Source of the DNA: Malacoraja senta
Taxonomy: Eukaryota
Length of the DNA stretch: 64,000 nucleotides
Assembly: GCA_038087875.1 (NCBI GenBank)
Contig: JAXLNO010000161.1
Coordinates: 1-64,000 of the forward strand
Reading direction: 5' to 3'
Made by a program: the position numbers and the translations under genes. Positions 50,693-63,708 of the stretch are shown piece by piece; position 1 is the first letter of the stretch, and each line of letters starts with the position of its first letter. The notes beneath the pieces are model-generated. The model saw nothing but the letters and a program-made list of their open reading frames with translations. It had not been told where the DNA came from and ran no database searches.

Positions 50693-53040
50693 CATATATA
50701 TAACATATAACAATTACAGCACGGAAACGGGCCATCTCGACCCTTCTAGTCCGTGCCGAACACGTATTCTCCCCTAGTCCCATATACCTGCGCTCAGACC
50801 ATATAACTTTCCCGTCCATATAACTATCCCATTTATTTTTAAATGATAAAAACGAACCTGCCTCCACCACCTTCTCTGGAAGCACATTCCACACAGCCAC
50901 CACTTTCTGAGTAAAGAAGTTCCCCCTCATGTTACCCCTAAACTTCTGTCCCTTAATTCTCAAGTCATGTCCCCTTGTTTGAATCTTCCCTACTCTCAGT
51001 GGGAAAAGCGTATCCACGTCAACTCTGTCTATCCCTCTCATCATTTTAAATACCTCTATCAAGTCCCCCCTTAACCTTCTGCGCTCCAAAGAATAAAGCC
51101 CTAACTTGTTCAGCCTTTCTCTGTAACTTAGTTGCTGAAACCCAGGCAACATTCTAGTAAATCTCCTCTGTACTCTCTCTATTTTGTTGACATCCTCCCT
51201 CTAATTAGGCGACCAAAATTGTACACCATACTCCAGAATTGGCCTCACCAATGCCTTGTACAATTTTAACATTACATTCCAACTTCTATACTCAATGCTC
51301 TGATTTATAAAAGCCAGCACACGAAAAGCTTTCTTTACCACCCTATCTACATGAGATTCCACTTTCAGGGAACTGTGCACAGTTATACCAAGATCCCTCT
51401 GTTCACCTGCATTCTTCAATTCCCTACCATTTACCATGTACGTCCTATTTTGATTTATTCTGCCAAGATGTAGCACCTCACACTTATCAGCATTAAACTC
51501 CATCTGCCATCTTTCAGCCCACTCTTCCAACCGGCATAAATCTCTCTGTAGACTTTGAAAATCTACTTCATTATCCACAGCCCCACCTATCTTAGTATCA
51601 TCTGCATACTTACTAATCCAATTTTCCACACCATCATCCAGATCATTGATGTACATGACAAACAACAGTGGACCCAACACAGATCCCTGTGGCACCCCAC
51701 TAGTCACTGGCCTTCAACCTGACAAACAACCATCCACCATTACTCTCTGGCATCTCCCATTCAGCCACTGTTGAATCCATCTTGCTACTCCACCATTAAT
51801 ACCCAACCATTGAACCTTCTTAACCAACCTTCCGTGAGGAACCTTGTCAAAGGCCTTACTGGTCCATATATACAACATCCACGGCATTACCCTCATCAAT
51901 TTCCCGAGGAACCTCTTCAAAAAATTCAAGAAGACTAGTCAAACATGACCTTCCAGGCACAAATCCATGTTGACTGTTCCTAATCAGACCCTGTTTATCC
52001 AGATGCTTATATATATTAACTCTAAGTATCCTTTCCATTAATTTGCCCACCACTGACGTCAAACTAACAGGTCTATAATTGCTAGGTTTACTCTTGGACC
52101 CCTTTTTAAACAATGGAACAACATGCGCAGTACGCCAATCCTCCGGCACTATTGCCGTTTCTAATGACATTTGAAATATTTCTGTCGTTGCCCATGCTAT
52201 TTCTACACTAACTTCCCTCAATGTCCTGGGGAATATCCTGTCCGGACCTGGAGACTTATCCACTTTTATATTTCTCAAAAGTGTCAGTACTTCCTCTTCT
52301 TTGAATCTCATAGTTTCCATAGCTACTCTACTTGTTTCCCTTTCCTCACATAATTCAATATCCTTCTCCTTGGTGAATACCGAAGTAAAGAAATGGTTCA
52401 ATATCTCCCCCATCTCCATTGGCTCTGCAGAAACCTGTCCACTCTGACTCTCTAATGGACCAATTTTATCCCTCGTTATCCTTTTGCTATTAATATAGCT
52501 ATAGAAACCCTTTGGATTTACTTTCACCTTACTTGCCAAAGCAACCTCATATCTTCTTTTAGCTTTTCTAATTTCTTTCTTAAGACTCTTTTTACATTTT
52601 TTATACTCCTCCAGCACCTCATTTACTCCATGCTGCATATAATTATTGTAGATCTCACTCTTTTTCCGAACTAAGTGTCCAATTTCCCTTGAAAACCATG
52701 GCTCTTTCCAATTATTACTATTTCCTTTCAACCGAACAGGGACATAAAGATTCTGTACTCTTAAAATGTCACCTTTAAACGTCCTCCATTTCTCTTCCAC
52801 ATCTTTCCCATAAAACAAACTGTCCCAATTTACTCCTTTTAAATCCTTTCGCATCTCCTCAAAGTTAGCCTTTCTCCAATCAAAAATCTCAACCCTAGGT
52901 CCAGTTCTGACCCGCTCCATAATTATATTGAAACTAATGGTATTGTGATCACTGGTCGCGAACTGTTCCCCAACGCATACGTCTGCCACCTGACCCGTCT
53001 CATTTCCTAACAGGAGGTCCAGCACCGCCCCTTCTCTAGT
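50693..53040 (-). mobile_element. Long CR1 LINE inserted into an old L1 3' fragment (50475-50692, 53041-53190)
   Basis: CR1 ORF2 from TREGAVLDLLL to FFTQKVVAVWN, with a TATATGT tail; the flanks read LIQFNIIHRLH...IYPNVAPT and DKCHSS...WSDIF, collinear with the L1 C-terminus. Confidence 0.9.
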
Positions 53041-53190
53041 AGGAGCTACATTTGGATATATACTGCATATTTTTGCCTTCGAGTGAAGTCTATGTATAAT
53101 GTTGAACTGTATGAGGCAGTGTCTAGCAATGTTTGAACACCTATGTATAAGTTTGCGGCTTTCCTCCCATATTTCATCTGGTATTTGCAC

Positions 53191-53837
53191 ATACCTGGGA
53201 ACCATCATCTCCAAGGGCCTTAAGTGGGGGGGCCACCATCGACTCCACAGTCAAAAAGGCACAACAGAGGATGTACTTCCTGCGGCAGCTGAGGAAGCAC
53301 AATCTGCCACAGGCAATGATGGTCCAATTCTACACGGCCATCGTAGAGTCTGTTCTCACCTTGTACATCATGGTCTGGTTTGGCTCAGCCACCAAGCACG
53401 ACACCTGGAGGCTGCAGCGAATCGTCTGATCAGCAGAGAAGGTTATTGGCTGCAACCTTCCCTCCATTGATGAACTGTACACTGGAAGTGAGCGGGCAAG
53501 ATCATCTCTGACCCCTCTCACCCTGGCCACAAACCCTTTGAATCACTTCCCTCTGGAAGGCGATTCCTGATTGTCAAAGCTGCCACAGCCAGACATAAAA
53601 ACAATTTTTATCCACGAGTAGTTGCTCTACTCAACAGCCAAAAATCTGTAGCCTCCCTTTGATCTGGTATTTGGTTGGTTCACATGCTTGATCAATGGCG
53701 TTTTATCATTAATGTTTTATTATTATAAATGTTTTCTGAGTCATTCGTAACTGTCACTGTATGTCGTGTTGTTACTTGTGGGCGGAGCACTAAGGCAAAT
53801 TCCTTGTATGTGAATACTTGGCCAATAAACATACTTA
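53191..53837 (+). mobile_element. Rex1/Babar 3' fragment
   Basis: YLGTIIS, KKAQQRMYFLRQLRK, FYTAIVESVL, LPSGRR; AATAAA tail. Confidence 0.8.
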
Positions 53838-54747
53838 GTTAAGGGAAATTGGAGGTAGCCAGCTGGAGGGGTAGCGGATGGAGGTAGCCAGCCGGGCGAG
53901 TAAGGGGAATGGAAGGTCCCCAGCTTGGGATGTTCGTTCGCTCCTGTGTCAGATGATGTAGCTCGCTGTTGGCTTGTGTCGTCGTCGAACTTGTTGACAG
54001 AAATTGCATCGCGTCGTCGCTTCCAGGGATCGCCACGAGGAGGCTTCTGTCATGATCCCCACTTGGGGAGCAGGGAAATGGGAGGTAGCCAGCTTGGGGG
54101 AGTGGGGGAATGGGAGGTAGCCAGCTTGGGGAGTAAAGGGAATGGGAGGTGGCCAGCTTGGGGGAGTAAGGGGTGGGAGGTAGCCAGCTTGGGGACTAAG
54201 GGATGGGAGGTAGCCAGCTTGGGGGAGGAAGGGGAATGGGAGGTAGCCAGCTTGGGGGAGTAAGGGACGGGAGGTAGCTAGCTTGGGGGAATAAGGGACA
54301 GGCCGAACTGACAGCCCCGCGATGCCATTGCTGCCACGAGGAGCAGCACCAACACTCACCACCTTCCTGACTAATTTCGGGCCTGGACCACCGAGGATGC
54401 CGCTGTCGTCGACCTGCCCGGGCAGCCTCACCCCTGCCGTTACCGCCGACCTTCACCGACACCGCCTACACTCGCTGCCTCGCCGGAGCCGCCGACCCTC
54501 GCTGCCTTCTCGTTCATCCGCTGACCGGCACTTCCGACACTTCGCCCGCATGCCATTACACTACCCGCGGGCCTCGACCAGCGACTCTGCCGGCCCTGGC
54601 CACTCCACCGCCCACCGGTGGGCCGCAGCCGTCGCCTTACCAGAGTCCTAGGCTCAGCACCGGGCCTGGAGTCTCCACGCTGCAGATCCTCACACCACGT
54701 GGTCTGACTGCGCTAGGACCCCAGCTCACCCTCTTCCACAGGGAACC

Positions 54748-57605
54748 CCAATAGACAACAGGTGCAGGAGTAGGCCATTCGGCCCTTCGAGCCAACACCG
54801 CCATTCAATGTGATCATGGCTGATCATCCCCAATCAGTACCCCGATGCTACCTTCTCCCCATGTCCCCTGACTCCGCTATCTTTCAGAGCTCTATCTAAC
54901 TCTCTCTTGAAAGCAGAGACGGAATCCGCTGTCAAAACATGGAGGGGACCCGAGACAGGAGGGGCACAATTTCTTGGCGGCCGTGCGCGCATGCGCACAT
55001 TCACACACACAAGCGAAGAATCGGAAGCTTCAGCCGTACGCCCTGTGAACGGTAATTAGCTGGGGATTCTTCCAGTTTCCAGCCCCGCGACGTGGATGCC
55101 TCTACTACGGGGCCGTTACCGTTAGAATGCGTCAATTAGTGCAGATCTGTACCACAGATTTAAAAAACACTGGACATCATAATATAGGACAGGACACTGT
55201 CAAGCAGCTTGTCCTGTCCTATATTATGTTGTCCACAGTCCAGCATGATGTCCAGTGTTTTTTTTAAATCTGTGGTAGCTCTAGAATTGAAATTACAGTA
55301 TGAGCTATTAAAACTAAGCAATATATAAATGATCTGCATTATATGCAACCTAAATCTTTGTATTCTTGGATGTATTCAACATTTTTTTCCTCAATTGCCA
55401 GCGGTAAAAATAGAGGGTGTCAATTAGTTAATAAAATTGCTTTATAATCTGCAGAAGCATTTGGTCTCTGTAATTGTGTGTTTTGTTGCCTTTGGCTCGA
55501 AGGGTCGAATGGCCTCCTCCTGCACCTATTTTCTATGTTTTTATGCAACTGTCGCACGACATTTTGTTCAGACTTGTTTGAATAACAATAAAGGAAATTC
55601 AATTCAATTCAATTCAATCTACAGGTGGAGATTCCCTCCCTCTATTTGGAAATGATTCATGATGGAAATCATACATTCATAACTACAAGACACAATCTGA
55701 ATTCAATTGTATTCAATTTTTGTCAATTACTTCACGTAACGCCAATATCTGATTACAACATTCATGAACATAAATGAGACCCTAGTAAAAAAAAAAAATG
55801 TATGGATTTCTCTAATAAAGAACTTAGAAATGTAGTTCATACGAATTCAAATTCCCTCATAAAATGTTAGAAATTTGTAAAAAGGGTTGCAATGAAAGTT
55901 TGATTCACAAGAATTGGTATTTAGCAACACTTTATTAGTATCATTAACACTTAGTTATAATATGTTATTAGTATTATTAGCACCTAGTTATATTCATTTA
56001 GACAAGTGAAAACTTCCAAATACACGCCGTCAAGAATCTGACCGCCGACCACCAACATCGAGCAGCCGCGGTCTGCGGTCTGTGGTCTGTGGTCTGCGGT
56101 CTGCGTTAATTTAATTCAAAGGAACGCATCATACTTCAAGCAAGGTCAGTTCATACAATTAGATTATGAGGATTAATGAATGGATTTCGATTCAACAATG
56201 GCAGACAGTTAACACATCGTTTTCGTGAAGGGACCTTGCTTCAAGTATTTCGCGTTCCTTTGAATAAAATTAATGGGAGATAGACAATAGACAATGTCAT
56301 TACAACTCAGATGATTCGAGGCATTTAACACTCCATTCCATTCCTCTGACACGAAAACAATGTGACACAATTATAATGACTAAGGGTGCAGGAATGGGAT
56401 CGATGGCAGTTAACAGTCACAAAGACAGTTAGCACATCATTTTTTTTGTCAGAGGAATGCAGTGATGAACGAACGACTCGAATCGAACGTCTCGACTCGA
56501 ACGACTTTAAACGAACGAAAAACCCGACATACCTTACAAAGCTTGTAACATACCTTAAGAAGCTTGTAACCTCTGAAAACATGGAGGGGACACGTCCCCT
56601 CTGGCCCCCCCGGGTTTTCTGCCGTTGCTTGAAAGTATCCAGAGAACCGGCCTCCACCGCCCTCTGAGGCAGAGAATTCCACACACTCACAACTCTCTGT
56701 GTGAAAACGTTTTTCCTCACCTCTGTTTTAAATGGCTTACCCCTTATTCTTAAACTGTGGCGCCTGGTTCTAGACTCCCCCAACATCGGCAACATGTTTC
56801 CTGCCTCTAGCGTGTCCAAATCTTAATAATCTTATATGTTTCAATAAGATCCCCTCTCATCCTAAATTCCAGGGTATACAAGCCCAGCCGTTCCATACTC
56901 TCAGAATATGACAGTCCCGCCATCCTGGGATTTAACCTGGTGAACCTACGCTGCACATCCTCACATTTGGAGACCACAACTGCACACAATACTCCAGGTG
57001 TGGTCTCACTAGGGCCCTGTACAGCTGCAGAAGGACCTCTTTGCTCCTATACTCAACTCCTCGTCTTATGAAGGCCAACATACCATTCACTTTCTTCACT
57101 GCCTGCTGTACCTGCATGCTTACTTTCAGTGCCTGATGAACAAGGACCCCCCAGATCCCGTTGTACATCCCCTTTTCCCAATTTGACAACATTTACATAA
57201 TAATCTGCCTTCCTGTCCTTCAAAGCGGATAACCTCACATTTATTCACATTAAACTGCATCTGCCATGCATCTGCCCACTCACCCAACTTGTTCAAGTCA
57301 CCCTGCATCCTCATAGCATCCTCCTCACAGTTCACACTGCCACCCAGCTTTGTGTCATCTGCAAATTTGCTAATGTTCCTTGTAAACCCTTCATCTAAAT
57401 CATTAATGTAAATTATAAATAGCTGCGGTCCCAGCACCGAGCCTTGCGGTTCCCCACTAGTCACTGCCTGCCATTCTGAAAGGGACCCTTTAATCCCTAT
57501 TCTTTGTTTCCTGTCTGCCAAACAATGTTCTATCCATGTCAGCACTCTACCCCCAATACCATGTGCTCTAATGTTGCCCACTTAAGTCCCATGTGGGACC
57601 TTATC
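54748..57605 (-). mobile_element. CR1 LINE split by a hAT-type insertion
   Basis: Tail and 3' UTR at 54748-54913; RT at 56628-57605 (QGSVLGP, KFADDTKL, HLEYCVQ). Confidence 0.85.
54914..56627. mobile_element. Non-autonomous hAT-type DNA transposon (1714 bp)
   Basis: 8-bp TSD CTTGAAAG at 54906-54913 and 56628-56635; imperfect TIRs CAGAGACGGAATCC / CAACGGCAGAAAAC; AAAACATGGAGGGGAC near both ends. Confidence 0.75.
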
Positions 57606-58029
57606 ACTCGATCTTATCACTGGGTCTTCCCCTTCCCCCTTGAAACTGGTGACCCCAGCTACTCCTCACCCACACCATCAGTCTGAAGAAGGGTCTTGAC
57701 CCGAATCGTCACCTATCCCTTTTCTCCATTGATGCTGCCTCACCCGCTGAGTTACTCCAGCATGGGGTGGGGGGGGGGGGCAGACGCAAGGAGGGGGCGG
57801 GACCTGGTCCTTTGTGGCGTCAGTCCAGGGAGGCGGGATACAGTCCCATTGGCCGCTCCTAGATCCCTCTGCTGATCCTGAAACGTCGCCCATTCCTTCT
57901 CTCCAGAGATGCTGCCCGTCCCGCCCAGTTACCCCAGCACAGTGTGTCTATCTTCAATTTAAACCAGCATCCGCAGTCCCTTCCTCCACGCATTAATCCT
58001 TCTGAACCTTCTGAATTTGTAGTCGGCAG

Positions 58030-58495
58030 GGCAGTACTCTGCATAGCGCCAACTTGGGTGTGTAGTGCATACTAGCATGCCGTTAGTGCCCCCTTAAAAC
58101 TTTCTAGTGAAGATGATTTGACTATATTGTTGTCTAGTTTATTCCATTCCCTTAAGGTTTTTACAAAGAATGAGTTCTTGTAAATATCTGTCCTGGCGAA
58201 TGGGGTTTCTATTTGCAGATCATTTCTCTTTCTTGTTCTCCTTTCTGTTGAGTATATTATGTATCTATCTGTAGTTATGCCCACGATCCCCTTTTGAATC
58301 TTGTACAACATAGCTAGTCTGTTCCTTGCCCTTCTTGTTTCCAGCGTTTCCCACTCCAGGTCGGACAGCATCTGGGTGACACTGCTACCTCTATTGTAGT
58401 TCCTGATGCAAAAGTGCGTTACCTTCCTCTGCAGTTCACCCTTCTAGTTTGTTGATATGACCAGTTTTGTGTGGGTCCCAGGCGCATGAAACGTA
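58030..58495 (-). mobile_element. Non-LTR retrotransposon C-terminal fragment (RTE-X or invertebrate-type CR1-like)
   Basis: SSVTQMLSDLEWETLETRRARNRLAMLYKI...YKNSFFVKTLREWNKL. Confidence 0.65.
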
Positions 58496-59272
58496 TTCGA
58501 CTGGTGGGCAAAGGGTTGGAAACTAAGAGCCTTGGACAGGGGCATGGACAAGACAGGTTTAGAGGGGAGAATGGTCCACAAGTGAGTGGGCTATTGGTAC
58601 CTTCTCAAGAAGGCGCTTTGAAGGGCAAGACCCTAACAAGATGGCCGCCGTCAAACCCTCACCAAGTTGGTCACCTTCAACCAGTGCCACTGCCGACGAC
58701 CCCTCACCAAGATGGCCGCCGTCAACCTCTCATCAAGATGGTCACTTTCAACCCTGTAGTGGCCATTTGGCTTAATTTTGTGTGTCATAATTATGGCATT
58801 TGCCTTTTAATTTAGTCTGCCTGTAATTACGTGTGTGGGATTTATTGTGTCGTCGGGGGCGTGTTGGCTGTGGAGATTCTTGCGCTGAAGCTAGTAATTT
58901 GTTAGTTTAGTTCGGAGGAGCATGGCGAAGAAAGACCGTTCCTACATGAGGACCTTTCCTACATGAGGAGTTTTCTAACGTTTCTAAGCGACCTGCTGAA
59001 GTTTGACGAAGATTAAAGTGTACGAGTCAAAGAAGAAGGTTGGATGAATATAGTCCCGTTTTTCTTCAACAATAAATAAACTACTAATCAAAAGACTGTG
59101 TTGTTTATCAAAAGACTGTGTTATTTATCTTTCGAGAAGCGTTGCAAGTCTGGTGGAGAGCTGACATGCGTAAAACGACATTTTCCTAACTCCATGCTTT
59201 CTCCTAAGTGGCTGGAGGGGGCAATCTCTTGAACTATATAATAATCTGCCACTGTAAACCAAAGATCCTATA

Positions 59273-60071
59273 GGGGGTGTGCGCGTAAGGTCATCAGGTC
59301 ATAGGGCTTGACGCACGGAGCCGCTCAATCCATCTGCAGGACATCCGTAACTTCCGGTATGTGTTATTAATGCAAGAAACGTGTACTTTCCTACCTGTTA
59401 AAAACCGCCAAAATGTTGAATTTCTGCGCTGTAAAAAATTGTGGAAGTCGGGGTAAGCGTGAGAGACATGTACCCAACTTCAGAATTCCAAAAGTGAAGT
59501 GAAATGAAGGTAAAGAGAAACAAGAGTTGAAGGGACAACAGCAGCTAAAGTGCTTGGCCGTGCAGATATCGGAATTGAAAATTTTGGGAATTATCGCGTT
59601 TGCTCACTGCATTTCATCAACAGTAAGGCATTATTTGTGGTTTTTCTTGATTCCTTTAGTTTCTAAAAAGTCTCAGAAGTGATCAATCCGGCTGTAAATT
59701 TTGCTTCAGAGGCGTTTTCGTTTTGCATGTAAAAACCCACTTGAGAACCATGGGCGATTTTTAAATTTTACAGCCAGATTTATCACTTCTGAAACGTTTT
59801 AGATGCCAAAGGAATCAAGAAAGAACACAAATAATGCCTTAGTTGATGAAATGCAGTGAGCAAACGGCCAATGTTCGCCAATGTTGTTGTCCCTTCAGCT
59901 CTAGCTTCTATCTACCGTCATTTCTCCTCACTTGTGGAATTCTGAAGTAGGATAAATGTCTCTCACGCTTATCCCGATTTCCATAATTATTTACAGCGCA
60001 AAAATTGACAATTTCGGCGGGTTTTAACGGGCCCGCTACGCTGGAAACAATGGTCAGTGCTTACCTGCAGT
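59273..60071 (+). mobile_element. THAP-exon-bearing palindromic non-autonomous DNA transposon (copy 1, right end lost)
   Basis: MLNFCAVKNCGSRGKRERHVPNFRIPKV...YRVCSLHFIN followed by GTAAG; a diverged inverted second THAP half at 59765-60030. Confidence 0.7.
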
Positions 60072-60259
60072 ACAATGGTCAGTGCTTACCTGCCCTCACC
60101 AAGATGGCCGCCTGCCGGTCCCGGTCCCGGTCCCGCCACCACCACCGCCACCGTCCCCGCCCCCGCCCCCGCCCCCGCCCCGGGCCGAGTCTCCCCATCG
60201 ACCGGATTTAAATGGCGGCGGAGAAGCGGCAGTTGGTGGCGTCGCTGCCGACGGACCTG

Positions 60260-61760
60260 ACGTAAATAATGTTATAAATCACAGGGGAGCGGGATCGGGT
60301 CAATATGGGGGAGAACTGAGGTAAATCACCACATAAAGTACACGTCTGTGGGGAAAACTGGAGTCAAACTCGTTATAAACCACCCCCTCTTATTCACTGA
60401 GGTAAATAACGTTATAAATCAGCAGCGGAGCGAAATAAACCCGGTCTGGTGGAGACCTGAGGTAAATCTTCACATAAACTACACGTCTGGGGGAATAAAC
60501 CCGGTCTGGGGGAGACATGAGGTAAATCTCCACATAAACTATACGACTGGGGTAAATAATATAAACTCACCGTCTGGAGCAGCGTCCTGAGATAAAACAT
60601 GTTGTAAACATCTCCCTCTCTCTGGCTCCTCCCTCTCTGTAAATAATCAATAAATCACCAAATAAACTACACGTCTGGGGAAATATACCCCGCCTGGGAT
60701 AAAACTGAGGTCAATAATGTTATAAATCCACAGGGGAGCAAAACAAACCCGGTCTGGGGTGAAACTGAGTTAAATAATGTTATAAGGAGGTTTCACGGCA
60801 GTCAGGTCACGATCCATGACGCGTACTGTTGCTTCGCTACGCCAAATGGATTACACGCGATGAACTGCGGGTAGGCACTTACCATTGTTTCCAGCGTAGC
60901 GGGCCCGTTAAAACCCGCCGAAATGGTCAATTTTTGCGTTGTAAATAATTATGGAAATCGGGTTAAGCGTGAGAGACATTTAGCCAACTTCAGAATTCAA
61001 AAGGTGAGGAGAAATGACGGTAGATAGAAGCTAGAGCTGAAGGGACAACAACATTGGCGAACATTGGCCGTTTGCCCACTGCATTTCATCAACTAAGGCA
61101 TTATTTGTGTTCTTTCTTGATTCCTTTGGCATCTAAAACGTTTCAGAAGTGATAAATCTGGCTGTAAAATTTAAAAATCGCCCATGGTTCTCAAGTGGGT
61201 TTTTACATGCAAAAAGAATACGCCTCTGAAGCAAAATTTACAGCCAGATTGATCACTTCTGGGACTTTTTAGAAACCAAAGGAATCAAGAAAAACCACAA
61301 ATAATGCCTTACTGTTGATGAAATGCAGTGAGCAAACACGATAATTCCCAAAATTTTCAATTCCGATATCTGCACGGCCAAGCACTTTAGCTGCTGTTGT
61401 CCCTTCAGCTCTCGCTTCTCTTTACCTTCATTTCGCTTCACTTTTGGAATTCTGAAGTTGGGTACATGTCTCTCACACTTACCCCGACTTCCACAATTTT
61501 TTACAGCGAAAAAATCCAAAATTTTGGCGGTTTTTAACAGGTAGGAAAGTACGTGTTTCTTGTATTAATAACATATACCGGCAGTGACGGATGTCTTCCA
61601 GATGGATTGAGCGGCTCCGTGCGTCAAGCCCTATGACCCGGTGACCTTACGTGCAGCCCCCATATAAACACACAGGGGAGCGGAATAAACCCCGTCTGGG
61701 GTGAAACTGAGGTAAATAATGTTATAAACACACCGGGGAGCGGAATAAACTGGGCTGTGG
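60260..61760 (+). repeat. ~60-bp tandem repeat interrupted by THAP element copy 2
   Basis: GAGGTAAATAATGTTATAAACAC...GGAATAAACCCCGTCTGGGGTGAAACT units at 60260-60784 and 61663-61760. Confidence 0.8.
60785..61662 (-). mobile_element. THAP-exon-bearing palindromic non-autonomous DNA transposon (copy 2, complete)
   Basis: Reverse complement of copy 1; TATA on both flanks (60781-60784, 61663-61666); imperfect termini AGGAGGTTTCACG / TGGGGGCTGCACG. Confidence 0.75.
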
Positions 61761-62904
61761 TGTCGTTCCCAAAACATCCGACCCCGACCCCTCGGTAAAA
61801 TAATTCTAAATCTGCTGTGATGATATTGCACAAGTTGGTATTTCATAAGAACCACATGAATCATCAGGCTGTTCTAGAAGGAACTGCAGATGCTGGAAAA
61901 TCGAAGGTAGACAATACTGCTGGAGAAATTCAGCGGGTGCGGCAGCATCTATGTACCGAAGGAAATAGGCAACGTTTCGGGCCAAAACCCTTCTTCAGAA
62001 TCGTCAGGCCGCCTTTTAAACCCATGTCCATAAAGTTATGAGTCTAGCGGTTGTAGCTGTGCTATTGTGGCTTTTTCTTAAAGTTTATTCTTGAAATAAA
62101 AATCACAATTCATTATACTAAAAGAAAAAAAAGTGACAGAAATTACAATGACAAAATTAAAATTCCATTGAATTAAGTAAAAATTATAGAAGCATTACTC
62201 CAAATTGTATGACTAAGGCCACAGGTATGAGGTAATGGTAAAAATATGACAACAAACAATCTCATGTGCAATAGAAATTAAAAGTAAATGCCTAGGTAGT
62301 TAAGTTTGCTACAAAACTACATACCTAAAATTTATTAATACCGTCTGAGGAACAGAATTGCTTCTGCCAGAGAGAGATAGAGAGACAGAGGGAGAGAGAG
62401 AGAGTGTGTGGAGGGAGGGAGGGGGCTGGGAGGAGAAGGGTGAGAGGCTGGAGGTGGAAAGGAGGTGAAGTGAGTAGCGGGGGGGGGGCGACAGGGAGCA
62501 AAGGGTGGGGGGAGGATTCAAGGGGGAGTGGGTTTGGTGCCGAGGGGGATGAATGGAGGGGCAGGGAACAGGGGGGGGAGAGAGAGGGGTCAAGTGAGCC
62601 AAGGAAGGGGGTAGGGAGCCAGGTGGGGTGGGTCCACTGTTTGGGGGCGGGGAGGAGGGCGGAGGGAGCAAAGGGGTGTAAGCAGCAGGAGGCGGCAGCA
62701 GGGGTAAGGGGCAGGGAGCCAAAGGAGGAGGTCACAATGTTTGGTGGTGGGGAGGGCGTTGCAGTTTAGGAAGTCATATCAGGGCAGGGTCTTCACAGTG
62801 ATTGGCGGGGTGCCGGGGGAATGTGTGGAGCCAAGGGATCTAGGAGTGCAGGTACGAGTTGGGCCGAAGGGCCTCTTTCCAACACTGTATCACTCTATGA
62901 ATCT

Positions 62905-63312
62905 ATGACAAAGTGCTGGAGTAACTCAGCAGGTCAGAAGGCACCCGTGGAGAAGATAGACACAAAGTGCTGGAGTAACTCGGTGGGTCAGGCAGCATCT
63001 GTGGAGAAGATAGACACAAAGTGCTGGAGTAACTCAGTGGGTCAGGCAGCATCTGTGGAGAAGATAGACACAAAGTGCTGGAGTAACTCAGTGGGTCAGG
63101 CAGCATCTGTGTGGAGAAGACACAAAATGTTAGTGTAATTCAGTGAGTCAGGCAGCATCTGTGGAGAAGATTGACACAAAACGTGCTGGAGTAACTCAGC
63201 GAGTCAGGCAGCATCTGTGGAGGAAATAGACACAAAGTGCTGCAGTAACTCAGCGGGTCAGACAGCATCTGTGGAGAGAATGAATGGGTGACATTTTGGG
63301 TCGAGACCCTTC
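62905..63312 (-). repeat. Tandem ~54-bp Penelope-derived units, about 7 copies
   Basis: GACACAAAGTGCTGGAGTAACTCAGTGGGTCAGGCAGCATCTGTGGAGAAGATA, ending in a partial hammerhead-like motif. Confidence 0.75.
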
Positions 63313-63315
63313 TGT

Positions 63316-63607
63316 GGTTTAGGTTAGTTTAGAGTTGCAGCGTGGAAGATCTTTCAGCCCGCGGAGTCCACGCCGACCAGCGATCACCCCGTACACTATG
63401 CACATTATGGATAATTTAACAATTTTGCGGAGGCCGATTAATCTACAAACCTGAACGTCTTTGAAATGTTGGAGGAAACCGGAGCACCCGGAGTAAAAAC
63501 CCACGTAGGTCAAGGGGAGAACGTACAAGTTCCGCGCGGACAGCACCCGTAGTCAGGATCGATCCTGAGTCTCTGGCGGTGAGGCAGCAACCGTACCGCT
63601 GCACGGC
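63316..63607 (-). mobile_element. tRNA-derived V-SINE (HE1-like)
   Basis: tRNA-like head (GCAGCGGT...GATCGATCC), V domain TCCGGGTGCTCCGGTTTCCTCC, CR1-like 3' tail with (CTAAA)n. Confidence 0.8.
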
Positions 63608-63708
63608 GTAGAAATGTATAATTGTTTCCTCCACCATAAACGCTCCCAATATGTGCTAGTAATGTCCTGTTTGCCAGCTTGTTGACCCTCTGTGTTCCCC
63701 TCCTGCAG

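Noticed and set aside
51856..53214. 452-aa ORF that looks like an L1-CR1 fusion
   Set aside because: Chance in-frame nesting of CR1 in a decayed L1 fragment; non-ATG start and frameshifts downstream.
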